64,000 bases of DNA from Candidatus Krumholzibacteriota bacterium. Lineage in GTDB: Bacteria; Krumholzibacteriota; Krumholzibacteriia; JAJRXK01. Of the stretch, positions 9,571-19,304 are shown in pieces; position 1 is the stretch's first letter, and each line of letters starts with the position of its first letter. The notes beneath the pieces were generated by a model. It was given only the letters and a program-made list of their open reading frames with translations. It ran no database searches and was not told where the DNA came from. Made by a program: the position numbers and the translations under genes. The stretch is from assembly GCA_963806035.1 (NCBI GenBank), contig CAWDWO010000026.1, positions 128,001-192,000 of the forward strand, given 5' to 3'.

Positions 9571-10968
9571 TCAGAGCAGCTCGAAAGTCTTCATCCGGTA
9601 ACGGAGCTTGTCCCGGTTGATGTTCAGGTACTTGGCAGTGAGGCTCTGATTGCCTTCCGCCTTGTGGAACGCCTTTTCGATGAGCGTCCGCTCCAGATCC
9701 TCGACCAGCGTGTCGTAGGGAATTCCCGCCTCGGGAATCGCTCCCTTGAGAACTTCCTCGATACGCTCCAGCAGCGAACCCTCGTCCGTGCGCTCGTTGC
9801 CCGTGATGGGCACCTGGGAAGCCAGCAGCTCCTCGCCGTCCTCCAAGAGCGCGATACGCTCCATCATGTTCTTCAGTTCCCGGATGTTACCCGGCCAGGG
9901 ATAGCCCACAAGCACCTTTTTCGCCTCGGGCGAAAGTCGTTGGAAACGCTTGTGAAAGGCCTTGGCGTAATTGCGCAGGAAATGCTCGGCCAGAAGGATG
10001 ATATCCTCGCTGCGCTCCCTCAGGGGCGGAATGTGCAGCGGAATGACCTTCAGGCGATAATAGAGGTCTTCCCGGAAAGTCCCTTCTTCAACGCATCTTA
10101 TGAGGTCGCGGTTGGTGGCGGACACGATGCGGACGTCCACCTGGATGTCCTTCACCCCGCCCACGCGCCGAAAGCTCATCTTTTCCAGCACCCGCAAAAG
10201 CTTCACCTGGATGGTGAGACTCATTTCGCCGATCTCGTCCAGGAACAGGGTGCCGCGGTGCGCCAGCTCCAAAAGGCCGCGCTTTTGGTTGATGGCGTCG
10301 GTGAAGGCGCCCTTCTCGTGTCCGAAGAGCTCGCTCTCCAGAAGCTCCTCGGGCAGCGAGGCGCAGTTGATCTCCAGGAAGGCATGATCCCGCCGCGGAG
10401 AATTCTGGTGGATGAGGTTGGCCACCACGTCCTTGCCCGTGCCGCTCTCCCCTTCGATGAGCACGGTCGTGCTCCCCCCCACGGCGATGCGGCGGATGAG
10501 GTCGTAGATCTCGAGCATCTTGGGCGCGACGCTGGGCACGATCTCGCTGCGCGGATCGATGATCTCACTGCGCAGCCGCAGCTGGTGCAATTCGGAGTGA
10601 AGCTTTCCCGTCTCGAGACCGCGCCGCAGAATGAGCAGAAGCTCTTCGAGGTTGATGGGCTTGTTCACGTAGTCGAAGGCGCCAGCCTTCATGGCCGACA
10701 CCGCGGTCTCGACGTCACCGAAGGCCGTCATCATCACTACACACAGGTCGGGATAGAGGTTTTGGATGCGCTCGAGCACATCCAGACCGCTCATGTCCGG
10801 CAGCTTCAAGTCCAAAAGGACGAGATCGGGAATGGTGCTCTCGATGAGCTTGAGCGCCTTGCTTCCCGTTTCCGCACTGATGACTTCGAATCCCTCCTCC
10901 GCCAGGGTGCGGCGCAGAAAGAAGAGAATGGATTCCTGGTCATCGATGATGAGAATCTGCGGTTTCAT
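9571..10968 (-). CDS. σ54-dependent NtrC/AtoC-family response regulator
   Basis: REC domain, GESGTGKD, GAFTDA, WPGNIREL, Fis-type HTH. Confidence 0.96.
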   Translation of the reverse strand: MKPQILIIDDQESILFFLRRTLAEEGFEVISAETGSKALKLIESTIPDLVLLDLKLPDMSGLDVLERIQNLYPDLCVVMMTAFGDVETAVSAMKAGAFDYVNKPINLEELLLILRRGLETGKLHSELHQLRLRSEIIDPRSEIVPSVAPKMLEIYDLIRRIAVGGSTTVLIEGESGTGKDVVANLIHQNSPRRDHAFLEINCASLPEELLESELFGHEKGAFTDAINQKRGLLELAHRGTLFLDEIGEMSLTIQVKLLRVLEKMSFRRVGGVKDIQVDVRIVSATNRDLIRCVEEGTFREDLYYRLKVIPLHIPPLRERSEDIILLAEHFLRNYAKAFHKRFQRLSPEAKKVLVGYPWPGNIRELKNMMERIALLEDGEELLASQVPITGNERTDEGSLLERIEEVLKGAIPEAGIPYDTLVEDLERTLIEKAFHKAEGNQSLTAKYLNINRDKLRYRMKTFELL

Positions 10969-13001
10969 GATTGGCTCCCGATGGTAGTGGGCGCTAGAGG
11001 CAAGAGAATCCGGATGCGGGCTCCCCGTGCCGGTTCACTGAAGGCCTGGAGAACGCCGCCGTGGCGCTCCACGATGTTGTGCGAAACGAAAAGACCGAGA
11101 CCGGTACCGTCCGCCTTCTTGGAGTAGAAGGGTTCGAAAATGTGCGGCAGATCCTCGCGGGCGATTCCCGGACCCTGATCGATCACCTCGAAGGCGATGG
11201 CTTCCTCGAGTTCCGGTTTCGTACTGGCGTGATCCATCTTGCTCAACTTGAGCAGCACCGTGTTGCCGGGTTCGCTCACCTCGACTGCATTCTTGAGCAG
11301 GTTGAAGAGAACCTGGTGGATCTGATCCCGGTCGATGCGATAGCTCGGCAAGAGGTCTTCACTCTCGATTCGTATCTCGACTCCACGCTCCTGGGCCCAA
11401 TCTTTTATGGAGCGGTGGACTCTCTGCGCGGTCTGCAATGCGGAAGTCTCCTCCTTTTGCAGACGCGCGGGGCGAGCGACCTGGAAGAGATTGCGGATGA
11501 TTCCGTCGAGGCGCTGAATCTCCTCCTGGATCACGCTCACACTCTCTGCATCCTCGTCCTCGAAGGCGCCTTTGCGCGCCAGGTAGTCCATTCCGGCGCT
11601 GATCCCGCCCAGAGGATTGCGAATCTCGTGCGCCATGCTGCTGGCGAAGCGCCCGATCGCGGCCAGGGTATCCAGGTGCCGAATCTCCTCCTGCATCAGG
11701 TGCACCGCGCTGAGGTCCTCGATCACCGCGATGACTCCCACCAGCCCCCCCTCCTCGCGACGGTATTTGGCCAGCGTCACCAGCACGGGAATGGAAGACT
11801 CCGGGCTGAGACCCATGCGTCCCTCCCAGCGCAGACTCGGCTCGCGCCCCAAAAGAGCCGCCTTGGAAGGAGACTCCACGCCCGGAACCCACATCAGGGA
11901 GTCCAGCTTCCTCCCCACCAGCTGTTTCTGTGAGCTCGTGAGAAGCTCCTGCGCGCGGCGATTGATGAAGATCACCCGCCCGCGGTCGTCGGTGGTGATG
12001 AGGCCGTTGCTCATGCCGTCCAGTATCTGGTCGCGAAAGCGCTCTCCCATTTCGAGCTCGTGGTACAGGCTCGCGTTTTGAAGCACCGCGCTCACCGCGT
12101 AGCTCAGCGACTCCAAGGTCAATTGATCCGCCTTGCGTATCCCGGCCGGACGCGCGCGATCGGTGACCACCATGAGTCCGTACAGGGGATAGTGGCGGCA
12201 GGAAATGCAGGGGTGGAGATCGAGACCGCCCTCGCCGATGGGAAAGCTCTCACGGATCTGTTCCGAAGGGGCCAGTTCGAACACGGGACAGTCGTCGTGG
12301 TACAGCCAGCCTCCCTTGAGGCATTCGTGGCGCGGCAGCGGCGTGAGCAGGGGCACCACGAGGTGCGCTCCGTGCTCCCTGAACGCGGCCGGAGATTCTC
12401 CGTTCACGGTCAAGAGCAATTCGCTCGAGTTCTCGGCCACCAGAATGCTACTGGGATTGCGCATCGCGCGGGCGGCGCTCCCGCCCAGACCGCCCAAAGA
12501 CCAGCGCAGACTCTCCACCACCGAGCCGCTGGCGCCCGGGTGCAACCAGCGTCCCACCAGCTCGCGCGACTTGCGCTCGATGCGCAGGATCATGACCTCT
12601 TGGAATCCGCTCGCGCGGTGGCAGTAGACCAAAGCTCCGTCCACCGTGTGTTCCAGCCGGCCCGGACGGGCCAGCGCCTGCCAGAGTTCACGCACGCTCA
12701 AAAGTTGGATGTTGGTGTTCACCAGACGCAGACGCGCGTCCTCGTAGCTGTGCTTGAGCTGCAGGACCCGGGCGCGCACTCCGCGGTAGAAGTCCAGAAT
12801 GCCCAGACCGCCGGAAGCTTCCTCGGCGTCACGGCCCAGGGTGTCCCAGCCCCGTAGCAGCTTGCGTGTGTGCAGATGGAAGAGAATGCCCACCAGCGCC
12901 CAACAGATCGCCAGCACGACGATTCCCGAGACACGCTCGCGCAGGGCCAGCGCCAGCGCGGGGGCGAGAAAAAAGGAGAGAATGAAGGCGCGGTGGATCA
13001 T
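10965..13001 (-). CDS. Membrane sensor histidine kinase (GAF-like, PAS, HisKA, HATPase)
   Basis: AHEIRNPL, NLLKNA, DQGPGI, FEPFY and GTGLGL motifs; 2 N-terminal TM helices; coupled to the response regulator. Confidence 0.93.
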   Translation of the reverse strand: MIHRAFILSFFLAPALALALRERVSGIVVLAICWALVGILFHLHTRKLLRGWDTLGRDAEEASGGLGILDFYRGVRARVLQLKHSYEDARLRLVNTNIQLLSVRELWQALARPGRLEHTVDGALVYCHRASGFQEVMILRIERKSRELVGRWLHPGASGSVVESLRWSLGGLGGSAARAMRNPSSILVAENSSELLLTVNGESPAAFREHGAHLVVPLLTPLPRHECLKGGWLYHDDCPVFELAPSEQIRESFPIGEGGLDLHPCISCRHYPLYGLMVVTDRARPAGIRKADQLTLESLSYAVSAVLQNASLYHELEMGERFRDQILDGMSNGLITTDDRGRVIFINRRAQELLTSSQKQLVGRKLDSLMWVPGVESPSKAALLGREPSLRWEGRMGLSPESSIPVLVTLAKYRREEGGLVGVIAVIEDLSAVHLMQEEIRHLDTLAAIGRFASSMAHEIRNPLGGISAGMDYLARKGAFEDEDAESVSVIQEEIQRLDGIIRNLFQVARPARLQKEETSALQTAQRVHRSIKDWAQERGVEIRIESEDLLPSYRIDRDQIHQVLFNLLKNAVEVSEPGNTVLLKLSKMDHASTKPELEEAIAFEVIDQGPGIAREDLPHIFEPFYSKKADGTGLGLFVSHNIVERHGGVLQAFSEPARGARIRILLPLAPTTIGSQS

Positions 13002-13043
13002 GTGGCTCGCGGTACTCCCCCCAGGAGTCCGCAGATGCCTCAA

Positions 13044-13058
13044 TCAAGGATCGTGCCC
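13044..13058 (-). promoter_or_regulatory. Candidate σ54 -24/-12 promoter of the two-component genes
   Basis: GGGCACG-ATCC-TTGA on - (consensus TGGCACG-N4-TTGC). Confidence 0.4.
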
Positions 13059-13171
13059 AGCTGCGCCAAATTCCCCACTCAGGCGTTTGAAGGGCTCGAA
13101 AGGTACGGATTCGAGGATGCTGGAGGAATCTGCGAAGGAGCGACTCTGGCCGCCAGAAGGGGCAAAAAGCC

Positions 13172-13972
13172 CTAGAGTGCCCCGCGCCCCGTGATCACGA
13201 CGCGAACCGTCGCCACGAGCAGGCGCAAGTCGCGCAGCAGACCGAAGCGCGTGATGTACTCCAGGTCCAGTGCCACCTTCTTGTGCACGCTGTCGAGCGA
13301 CTCGTCGTAGCCGCTCTCCACCTGGGCCAGTCCGGTGATCCCGGGCTTGAAGCGAAGCCTCTCCAGATAGCCGGGGACCTCCCGGCTCAAGAGAGAGATG
13401 AACGGCGGACGCTCGGGACGGGGCCCCACCACGCTCATGGAACCCCTGAGCACGTTGTAGAACTGCGGGAACTCGTCGATTCGCGTCAGCCTGAGAAAGC
13501 GACCGACGCGCGTGATCCGCGGGTCGTTCTCGCTCGCCCAGCGCATCCCCTCCGATTCGGAGTTGATGTACATGGTCCTGAGCTTCCAGATCTTGAAGGG
13601 CCTGCCCTCGGCGATCACGCGGCGAACGTCGCGGCTCTGCTGCTGGCAGCGTCTCTCCCCGATCTCCGGGGCCTGGGACTGCTCGCGCCGGCGCTCACGC
13701 CCGCGACGGTTGATGCCCACCCGAATTTGTCCGTAGAACACCGGGCCACGCGATTCGAGCTTGATGGCCAGCGCCAAAAAGGGCAGCAGGCAGGCAAAGA
13801 AGCCCAGAGCGACCAGGGAGAAGACGATGTCGAAGGCGCGCTTGACGCCTCGCTTCCAGCTCGGCACCTGTCCGTAGAGCGGAATCGGGCTCCCGAGGTA
13901 CTTCAGCTGCGGGGCGTCGTAGCTGCGGGAATGCGATCCCACGTGCTGGATCATCGAAGGGTGGAGCTGCAT
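13172..13972 (-). CDS. Polyprenyl-phosphate sugar transferase (priming glycosyltransferase)
   Basis: KRAFD, KLRTM, DPRITRVG, DEFPQ, VGPRPERP and PGITGLAQ motifs. Confidence 0.93.
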   Translation of the reverse strand: MQLHPSMIQHVGSHSRSYDAPQLKYLGSPIPLYGQVPSWKRGVKRAFDIVFSLVALGFFACLLPFLALAIKLESRGPVFYGQIRVGINRRGRERRREQSQAPEIGERRCQQQSRDVRRVIAEGRPFKIWKLRTMYINSESEGMRWASENDPRITRVGRFLRLTRIDEFPQFYNVLRGSMSVVGPRPERPPFISLLSREVPGYLERLRFKPGITGLAQVESGYDESLDSVHKKVALDLEYITRFGLLRDLRLLVATVRVVITGRGAL

Positions 13973-14189
13973 TCTGGACCTTTCACACACCCGCGCCGGC
14001 AAAGCGTCTCATTGGACTTTGGGAGCTGATCTGGACTGCGGCCTCCGGGCGGACGCGAAGCTGGGACTTCAGCGGGCGTGACCGGAGAGCCACGACTTCA
14101 GGAGAGCGCCGGTAGAACTCCCCCAATCGTCAAGGACGAGATTAGCTCTTTCTTTCCCCTTCCACCAGGCAAGATCCTCGCCGGGCGCC

Positions 14190-15305
14190 TCAGAAGCTTC
14201 GCGCCAGGCTCAGCCCGGGCGCCTCTCCAACCCAGGCCACTCGCAAATCGACTCCCAGAGCGCCAATTCGCCCGTTTTCCAGCGGTATGGGAGAATCGTC
14301 GGCCAGGAAGATCGCATCCGCCATGTTCAGGACCCAGAGCGCCCCCATGCCGAAAATTACCGCACGCCTGCGTGATTTCGCGCTCTCGAGGTCCCCCTGA
14401 GCGGTGGCCCAGCTGGCTTTGGCCTCGGCCGTGGCTCCGCCCTGGCTCTCCTGAAGGGCGACCACGCGTCCGGCATCCTGTTCGCTGACCTTGCGTTGGT
14501 CCACGAAGCGCTGCGTCTCCACCAGCGTCACCCCGGCCAGAAAGCCCAAGGATGACCACACGAGACCCCGCGTCTCGTGGCCCAGGCGCGTCTGCCCGGA
14601 TCCGGGATAGAGGAGCGAGAGCATGCCCACCCCCAGCGGGGAAGGCGGCCGGTAGCGGGCGGCGATGCTGCGGGTGCCCGAGAGTTCGAAGCGGTAGGGT
14701 CCGCGCCGGACCGCGGCGTGGATGATGTTTCCCAGGTGGGCATAGAGCGCGAGATAGCCGTAGTTGTTGCGCGTCTGTTCCTCGAGCCAGACCTCGTCTG
14801 CGAGGTGATTCGCCACGCGCTGGTAGGCCGGAGTGAGTTTATCCGCGGCCGAGGTCTGCGCCGCGACCGCGTCCATGGTCTGCTGCCGATCGTTGACGCG
14901 CGCGGAGTAGCGAAAGACCTGTCCCAGGGCATTGCCCACTTCAGCCATCGGAACGAGCGCCGAGGCCGGCGAGAGATCGCGGAGCTGTCCCAGGCCGGGA
15001 ACGAGGGTCGAGAGCAGAACACGGCTTCCGCGGCGGTCGGAAAGCACCACGCGGGTGCCCGCGTCCATCGTGATCTGGGCCTGCCGGACCCCGTCGCGGT
15101 AGAGCTGCACTTGGTAGCGTCCCGGCGTGAGGTCGTCCATCGCGAGTGGCGCCATGGACGAACGCTTCATGTCCTTTCCCTGAAGGACAATTTCGCTGTT
15201 GCTCACCTGTGATGTCACGCGAAACGCATTGGGCGAGTTCTCCTGCGCCCCGGCCGGAATCGCCATCGCGCAGAGGAGGAATAAAAATAGGATCATCGGA
15301 CGCAT
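14190..15305 (-). CDS. Exported hypothetical protein with PEGA-like domain and duplicated PGxGQ module
   Basis: Signal peptide; LTPGRYQV; two S-x-L-x-PG-x-GQ segments; C-terminal Phe. Confidence 0.6.
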   Translation of the reverse strand: MRPMILFLFLLCAMAIPAGAQENSPNAFRVTSQVSNSEIVLQGKDMKRSSMAPLAMDDLTPGRYQVQLYRDGVRQAQITMDAGTRVVLSDRRGSRVLLSTLVPGLGQLRDLSPASALVPMAEVGNALGQVFRYSARVNDRQQTMDAVAAQTSAADKLTPAYQRVANHLADEVWLEEQTRNNYGYLALYAHLGNIIHAAVRRGPYRFELSGTRSIAARYRPPSPLGVGMLSLLYPGSGQTRLGHETRGLVWSSLGFLAGVTLVETQRFVDQRKVSEQDAGRVVALQESQGGATAEAKASWATAQGDLESAKSRRRAVIFGMGALWVLNMADAIFLADDSPIPLENGRIGALGVDLRVAWVGEAPGLSLARSF

Positions 15306-15392
15306 AAGGACCTCTCGGCTGATGTTTACCGCGGACAGTCTAGAACGGCGAGCGAAGGGAAGCAATTGTTCAGGCTCGCGGAGCGCGTCGGT

Positions 15393-16898
15393 TCAGCTTC
15401 CGCTCTCCGGCTGGCCCCCCATCTCTTTCATCATCTCACGCGCCCGCAGAGCGGCACGGCTTCCCGGCACCTGCTCGTCCACCCACTCCAAGTAGAGGCG
15501 GCTCAGCCTGGGGTTCTTCATCTCGTCGCGCGCGATTTCCGCCGCGCGCAGGAGCGCTTCGCCACCCCTTCGCTGTCTGCCCAGGATGTGGTGGATCTGC
15601 TCGAGTTGACGCAGAGCATCTTCGGTTTCGTGCAAAGCGAGGAGACAATCCACCGCGTGTTCGCGGGCGGCAATTCCCACCGCACCCGCCGAGGCGTGTC
15701 CGGAGATGAGACGCTGGTACTGCTCGAGCGCTCGATTGAGTTCGCTGGTGACAGTGCCCGCGTTGCCCCTGTCTCTCTGAATGTCCACCAGACGCATGGG
15801 GGCTTCCAAGCCGGCCGCCGTGTCCGGATAACGCTGGATGAGTCGGCGCAAGGTCTTCTGAGAGCTGGACCAATCCGAGGCGTCCAAAAGAAGTTCGGAT
15901 TTGCGCAGGAGGGCCGCCGCCGCGAGGCGAGACTGGTCGGGGAAATCATGCACGACCTCGTCCAGCGCGAGCATGGCGTCGTTGCGACGATTGAGATCCA
16001 CGAGGATCTCCGCGCGACGCAGCTTCGCCAAACCGCGCAGGCTCTCGGTCTGTGCTTCCTTGATGACTCGCAGATAGAGCGAATCCGCGCGCTGTGGTTG
16101 GTTCAGGCCGTGCGCCAAAATCTCAGCTCGATCGAAGAGAGCATTCAAACGGTCTTCCGGATCAAGCTCGCGCGCTTCGTAACGGCCCAGACTTCGCTCC
16201 GCGTCTTTCCAACGGTGAGCCGCGATGTCCAGACGATGATCCAAGAAGGCCGCGCGGTCCCCGGTGCGCCTGCCCTGCCATTGCTTCTGCACCCATCCGT
16301 AAAATTGGTGACCCTCCACCCTACCCTTCTCGGTGAGAAGACTGTCGGCCTTACCGTCGAGATCTTGTACCAACACCAAGGGCAAGCGCAGGATCTGGGG
16401 GTCGAGAGTACTGGGAGCCGGGGGCTCTTGCATGAGGGAGTAGAACTCTCCGTAGAGACTGACCGCGTCTTCCCATCGTTCCTGCGTGCGGGCCGACTCG
16501 GCGCGCAGCAACGCGGCCTGACGCCGCAGAATGATGGGCCCGGTGTCCTGGGCCGCGCGTAACTGGACTTCCGCCAGGTCGAAACGCCCGGCGCGCAGGA
16601 AGGAATCGCCGGCCTGGATCCTTCCCCATGCCTGCAGCGAGGATAGTTCGGCCATGACCTTGGGGTCGCTCTTCCCGTGCACCTGACTCGGATCGGCACG
16701 TTGGGCGACCTCGATGTAGGCCAGCCCGGTGCGGTAGTAACCCTTGCGAATCTTGGGGTCCGCCTCCAGGGAGAAATTGATGGCTTCGCGTTCGGCCCAG
16801 TAGCGAGCACGTTCTGCCTGGTAGCGGGCGCGCATGTCCTGGCGGCCGCATCCGCACACGAGGATCAAGGAGAGGAAGAGGAGTCCGCGCGCTCTCAT
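15393..16898 (-). CDS. TPR-repeat (putative lipo)protein
   Basis: LILVCGC lipobox-like N-terminus; VHDFPD and IQRYPD TPR turns. Confidence 0.7.
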   Translation of the reverse strand: MRARGLLFLSLILVCGCGRQDMRARYQAERARYWAEREAINFSLEADPKIRKGYYRTGLAYIEVAQRADPSQVHGKSDPKVMAELSSLQAWGRIQAGDSFLRAGRFDLAEVQLRAAQDTGPIILRRQAALLRAESARTQERWEDAVSLYGEFYSLMQEPPAPSTLDPQILRLPLVLVQDLDGKADSLLTEKGRVEGHQFYGWVQKQWQGRRTGDRAAFLDHRLDIAAHRWKDAERSLGRYEARELDPEDRLNALFDRAEILAHGLNQPQRADSLYLRVIKEAQTESLRGLAKLRRAEILVDLNRRNDAMLALDEVVHDFPDQSRLAAAALLRKSELLLDASDWSSSQKTLRRLIQRYPDTAAGLEAPMRLVDIQRDRGNAGTVTSELNRALEQYQRLISGHASAGAVGIAAREHAVDCLLALHETEDALRQLEQIHHILGRQRRGGEALLRAAEIARDEMKNPRLSRLYLEWVDEQVPGSRAALRAREMMKEMGGQPESGS

Positions 16899-17737
16899 AG
16901 TCCACGGCTCCTGGGTTTCAGGAAAATTCGAATCGAGGCGTCCAGCGCGAGGAATCCGAACAAGAGAAAGATGGCGGCCTGCAGGGCCACCACCACCAGA
17001 ACGATTTCTGGCCGTAGCTGAGCGGCCAGGCGAGTCGAGCGCTGCAGAATCAAGGACAGCGGAAGTCCCGCGAGCCAGGGCAAGAGAACGAAAGCCACAG
17101 GCCACTGTAGATCCTGGCGCGTCCGCCGGAAACTGGCCCCGATTGCGCGCGGCAATCCCCTGTCCTCACGCAGAAGGTGCGCCGGCACGAAGAACAGGGG
17201 GCACAAGAGGAGCAGCGGAAGGAGGCTTCCGAAGGTGGTGATCAACGAGTGGATCCTGTAGGAAAGATCAAATCGCGTGTTCAAAAGATAGATCGGCAAG
17301 CCGTAGAGGAGAATCCACCCCGCGATTTCCACACAGGTCAACAGGAAGAGGGGCAAGTAGTAATGAGCGCTGTCGCGGGCGGGCGTCTTGTTCTGTGTGC
17401 GTTCGTCACCCACGACGTGGTAGACGGCCAAACCGCACCAGGCCGCGACGAAGGGACTCACGAAAAGATCCACCAGGAGCTTTCCCGCCGCGCCGGTCAC
17501 CGGCAGTCCGATGAAGGATTCCGGGTAATGCAGGTAGTAGGAACCGAAGACCCTCTGCACGAAGGGGACGACCGCGCCACCCCACAGGGGAAAGGTCGGA
17601 TCCGCGCAAATCACGAATACCATGAGCTCCGCGGCGAAGGCGAAGAAGAGTACGACACGCACCCCGGCGCGCCGAAAGTCCAGGAATCCGAGGACGATCA
17701 GGCGAATGAGATCTTCGACGAAGCGCAGGAGGTTCAT
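16895..17737 (-). CDS. Multi-pass membrane protein of unknown function
   Basis: About 6 hydrophobic segments; start and stop overlap both neighbours. Confidence 0.7.
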   Translation of the reverse strand: MNLLRFVEDLIRLIVLGFLDFRRAGVRVVLFFAFAAELMVFVICADPTFPLWGGAVVPFVQRVFGSYYLHYPESFIGLPVTGAAGKLLVDLFVSPFVAAWCGLAVYHVVGDERTQNKTPARDSAHYYLPLFLLTCVEIAGWILLYGLPIYLLNTRFDLSYRIHSLITTFGSLLPLLLLCPLFFVPAHLLREDRGLPRAIGASFRRTRQDLQWPVAFVLLPWLAGLPLSLILQRSTRLAAQLRPEIVLVVVALQAAIFLLFGFLALDASIRIFLKPRSRGL

Positions 17738-18369
17738 TGGCCTCCCCTCTCGTCAAAGTAGCGGAGCACTTCTTCTCCGTAGCTATCCCAGCTGCGAGCC
17801 AGCCGCTTCTGAGCCACGCTCTCTCCTTCCACGTCGAGCACGGGGGTACTGAGCCGGAGCAGGAGCGCGTCGCGCGAGCTGCCGCGCAGGGAAGAAAGCA
17901 TCTGGTCCAGTTTGAGGCCGAGCGCACTCGTCACCTGTCCACGACGTGTACGATAGGCGTACCACACGAGCCGTTTCTCTCCCTGTTTCTCGATCAATAG
18001 CTGGCGCATCACCGAATCGTCCTCGTGTACCACTTCGCTGTCGATGATTTCCCATCCCGCGCCCGGATAGCAGTGCTCGGGAGCGTGCACCTGCGCGTTG
18101 GTTCTCTGCCCCGCGTAATAGCCGGCGTAGATCCAGACGGGAGCCCAGTCCTCGCTCTTCACTTCCACGAAGCGATAGCGGTCGACCCCCAGCGCCTCGC
18201 GCGCTTGCAGCGAAACGGGGAGCACCGTCACCTGCGCCCCCTGAAGAATGCTGTCGGCGAAGTCCTTCGACCAATCCGCCTCCGCGACGGGAGTCTGAAG
18301 ACGATGCGAGAGAAAAGCCACGCCGAGAAATCCAACTCCCAGGATGAGGGCACGAGGGGATCGTCTCAT
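17734..18369 (-). CDS. epsI: EpsI-family exosortase-associated protein
   Basis: YAGYY, VHAPEHCYPGAGW and ALLLRLS motifs. Confidence 0.88.
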   Translation of the reverse strand: MRRSPRALILGVGFLGVAFLSHRLQTPVAEADWSKDFADSILQGAQVTVLPVSLQAREALGVDRYRFVEVKSEDWAPVWIYAGYYAGQRTNAQVHAPEHCYPGAGWEIIDSEVVHEDDSVMRQLLIEKQGEKRLVWYAYRTRRGQVTSALGLKLDQMLSSLRGSSRDALLLRLSTPVLDVEGESVAQKRLARSWDSYGEEVLRYFDERGGQ

Positions 18370-19193
18370 GATCTCGTCCCCCGCCGGATGAACGCAGCCA
18401 TCCCCAACACGATCACTCCCAGAGCGAAGCTCAGAAGTCCGCCTCCGAGATGAAAGAGGTTCTCCGCCGTCTCCGGTCCACCCAACTGCGCGCCGTAGCC
18501 GGTCAACACCAAGCGCAACAGATTGGCTCCCAGTGCCAGAGGCACCGAAAGGAGCAGCAAGAAGAGAGTGCGGCGCACCGAGAGACGCGCGGCCGCCGCG
18601 ATGAAGGCGGCCAGTGCGCTCATCACCAAGAGACTGCGTAGCCCGCTGCAGGCCTCCACCACTTCCAGATCGTATCCGGCGAAGTGCAGCAGATTCCCTT
18701 CTCTGGCCAGGGGAACCCCGCTCCAGTGCAAGACGAAGGCCGCCGCGGCCGAGGACATCCGCTGCAGATGCGCGGTCGCACCGTAGTAGAGCACGTAGGG
18801 CCAGGGGACCAAGAGGAGCAGCGCGAGAAGCGGACCGCGCCAGGCGGAGACGATCTTGGCGGGAGCCAAGGCCTCGACTGCAGCGAGAACGGCCAGGATC
18901 AAGGACCAGCGCAAGAGGCTGTCGTTGGCCACCAACAGGCCGCCAACCGCCGCGAGCAGGGCCATGAGCGCCCAGCCCCACCAGATTGGAGCCAGCCCCC
19001 TCTCCCCGCTCTCATCGCCCTTCAAGCTGCGCCAGATCGCCAGCGCGATCAAAAGTCCGCCCAGGACGAGTCCGTGTCCGTAGTTGGGATCGGAAATGAG
19101 GTCCGCGACCCAGCCCTTGAAGATCTGCGCGTAGGCCAGCAGAAAGGCCAGCGTCGCGAAGGCAACGCTGAGGACGAGCCGCAAGTTCTTCAT
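18366..19193 (-). CDS. Exosortase
   Basis: YGHG, VVEACSGLRS (Cys), ANLLR (Arg), FH (His); about 8 TM helices. Confidence 0.93.
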   Translation of the reverse strand: MKNLRLVLSVAFATLAFLLAYAQIFKGWVADLISDPNYGHGLVLGGLLIALAIWRSLKGDESGERGLAPIWWGWALMALLAAVGGLLVANDSLLRWSLILAVLAAVEALAPAKIVSAWRGPLLALLLLVPWPYVLYYGATAHLQRMSSAAAAFVLHWSGVPLAREGNLLHFAGYDLEVVEACSGLRSLLVMSALAAFIAAAARLSVRRTLFLLLLSVPLALGANLLRLVLTGYGAQLGGPETAENLFHLGGGLLSFALGVIVLGMAAFIRRGTRS

Positions 19194-19304
19194 CGCGTCC
19201 CCCCGGGCACGATGTCCCTCCCGAATGCGCCCCCAAAAGGGACATGGATGAGCGGTATCCAGTCGACTGGGCCGCCCGTCGCACGGGCGGCCGGCGTCGA
19301 GAGA

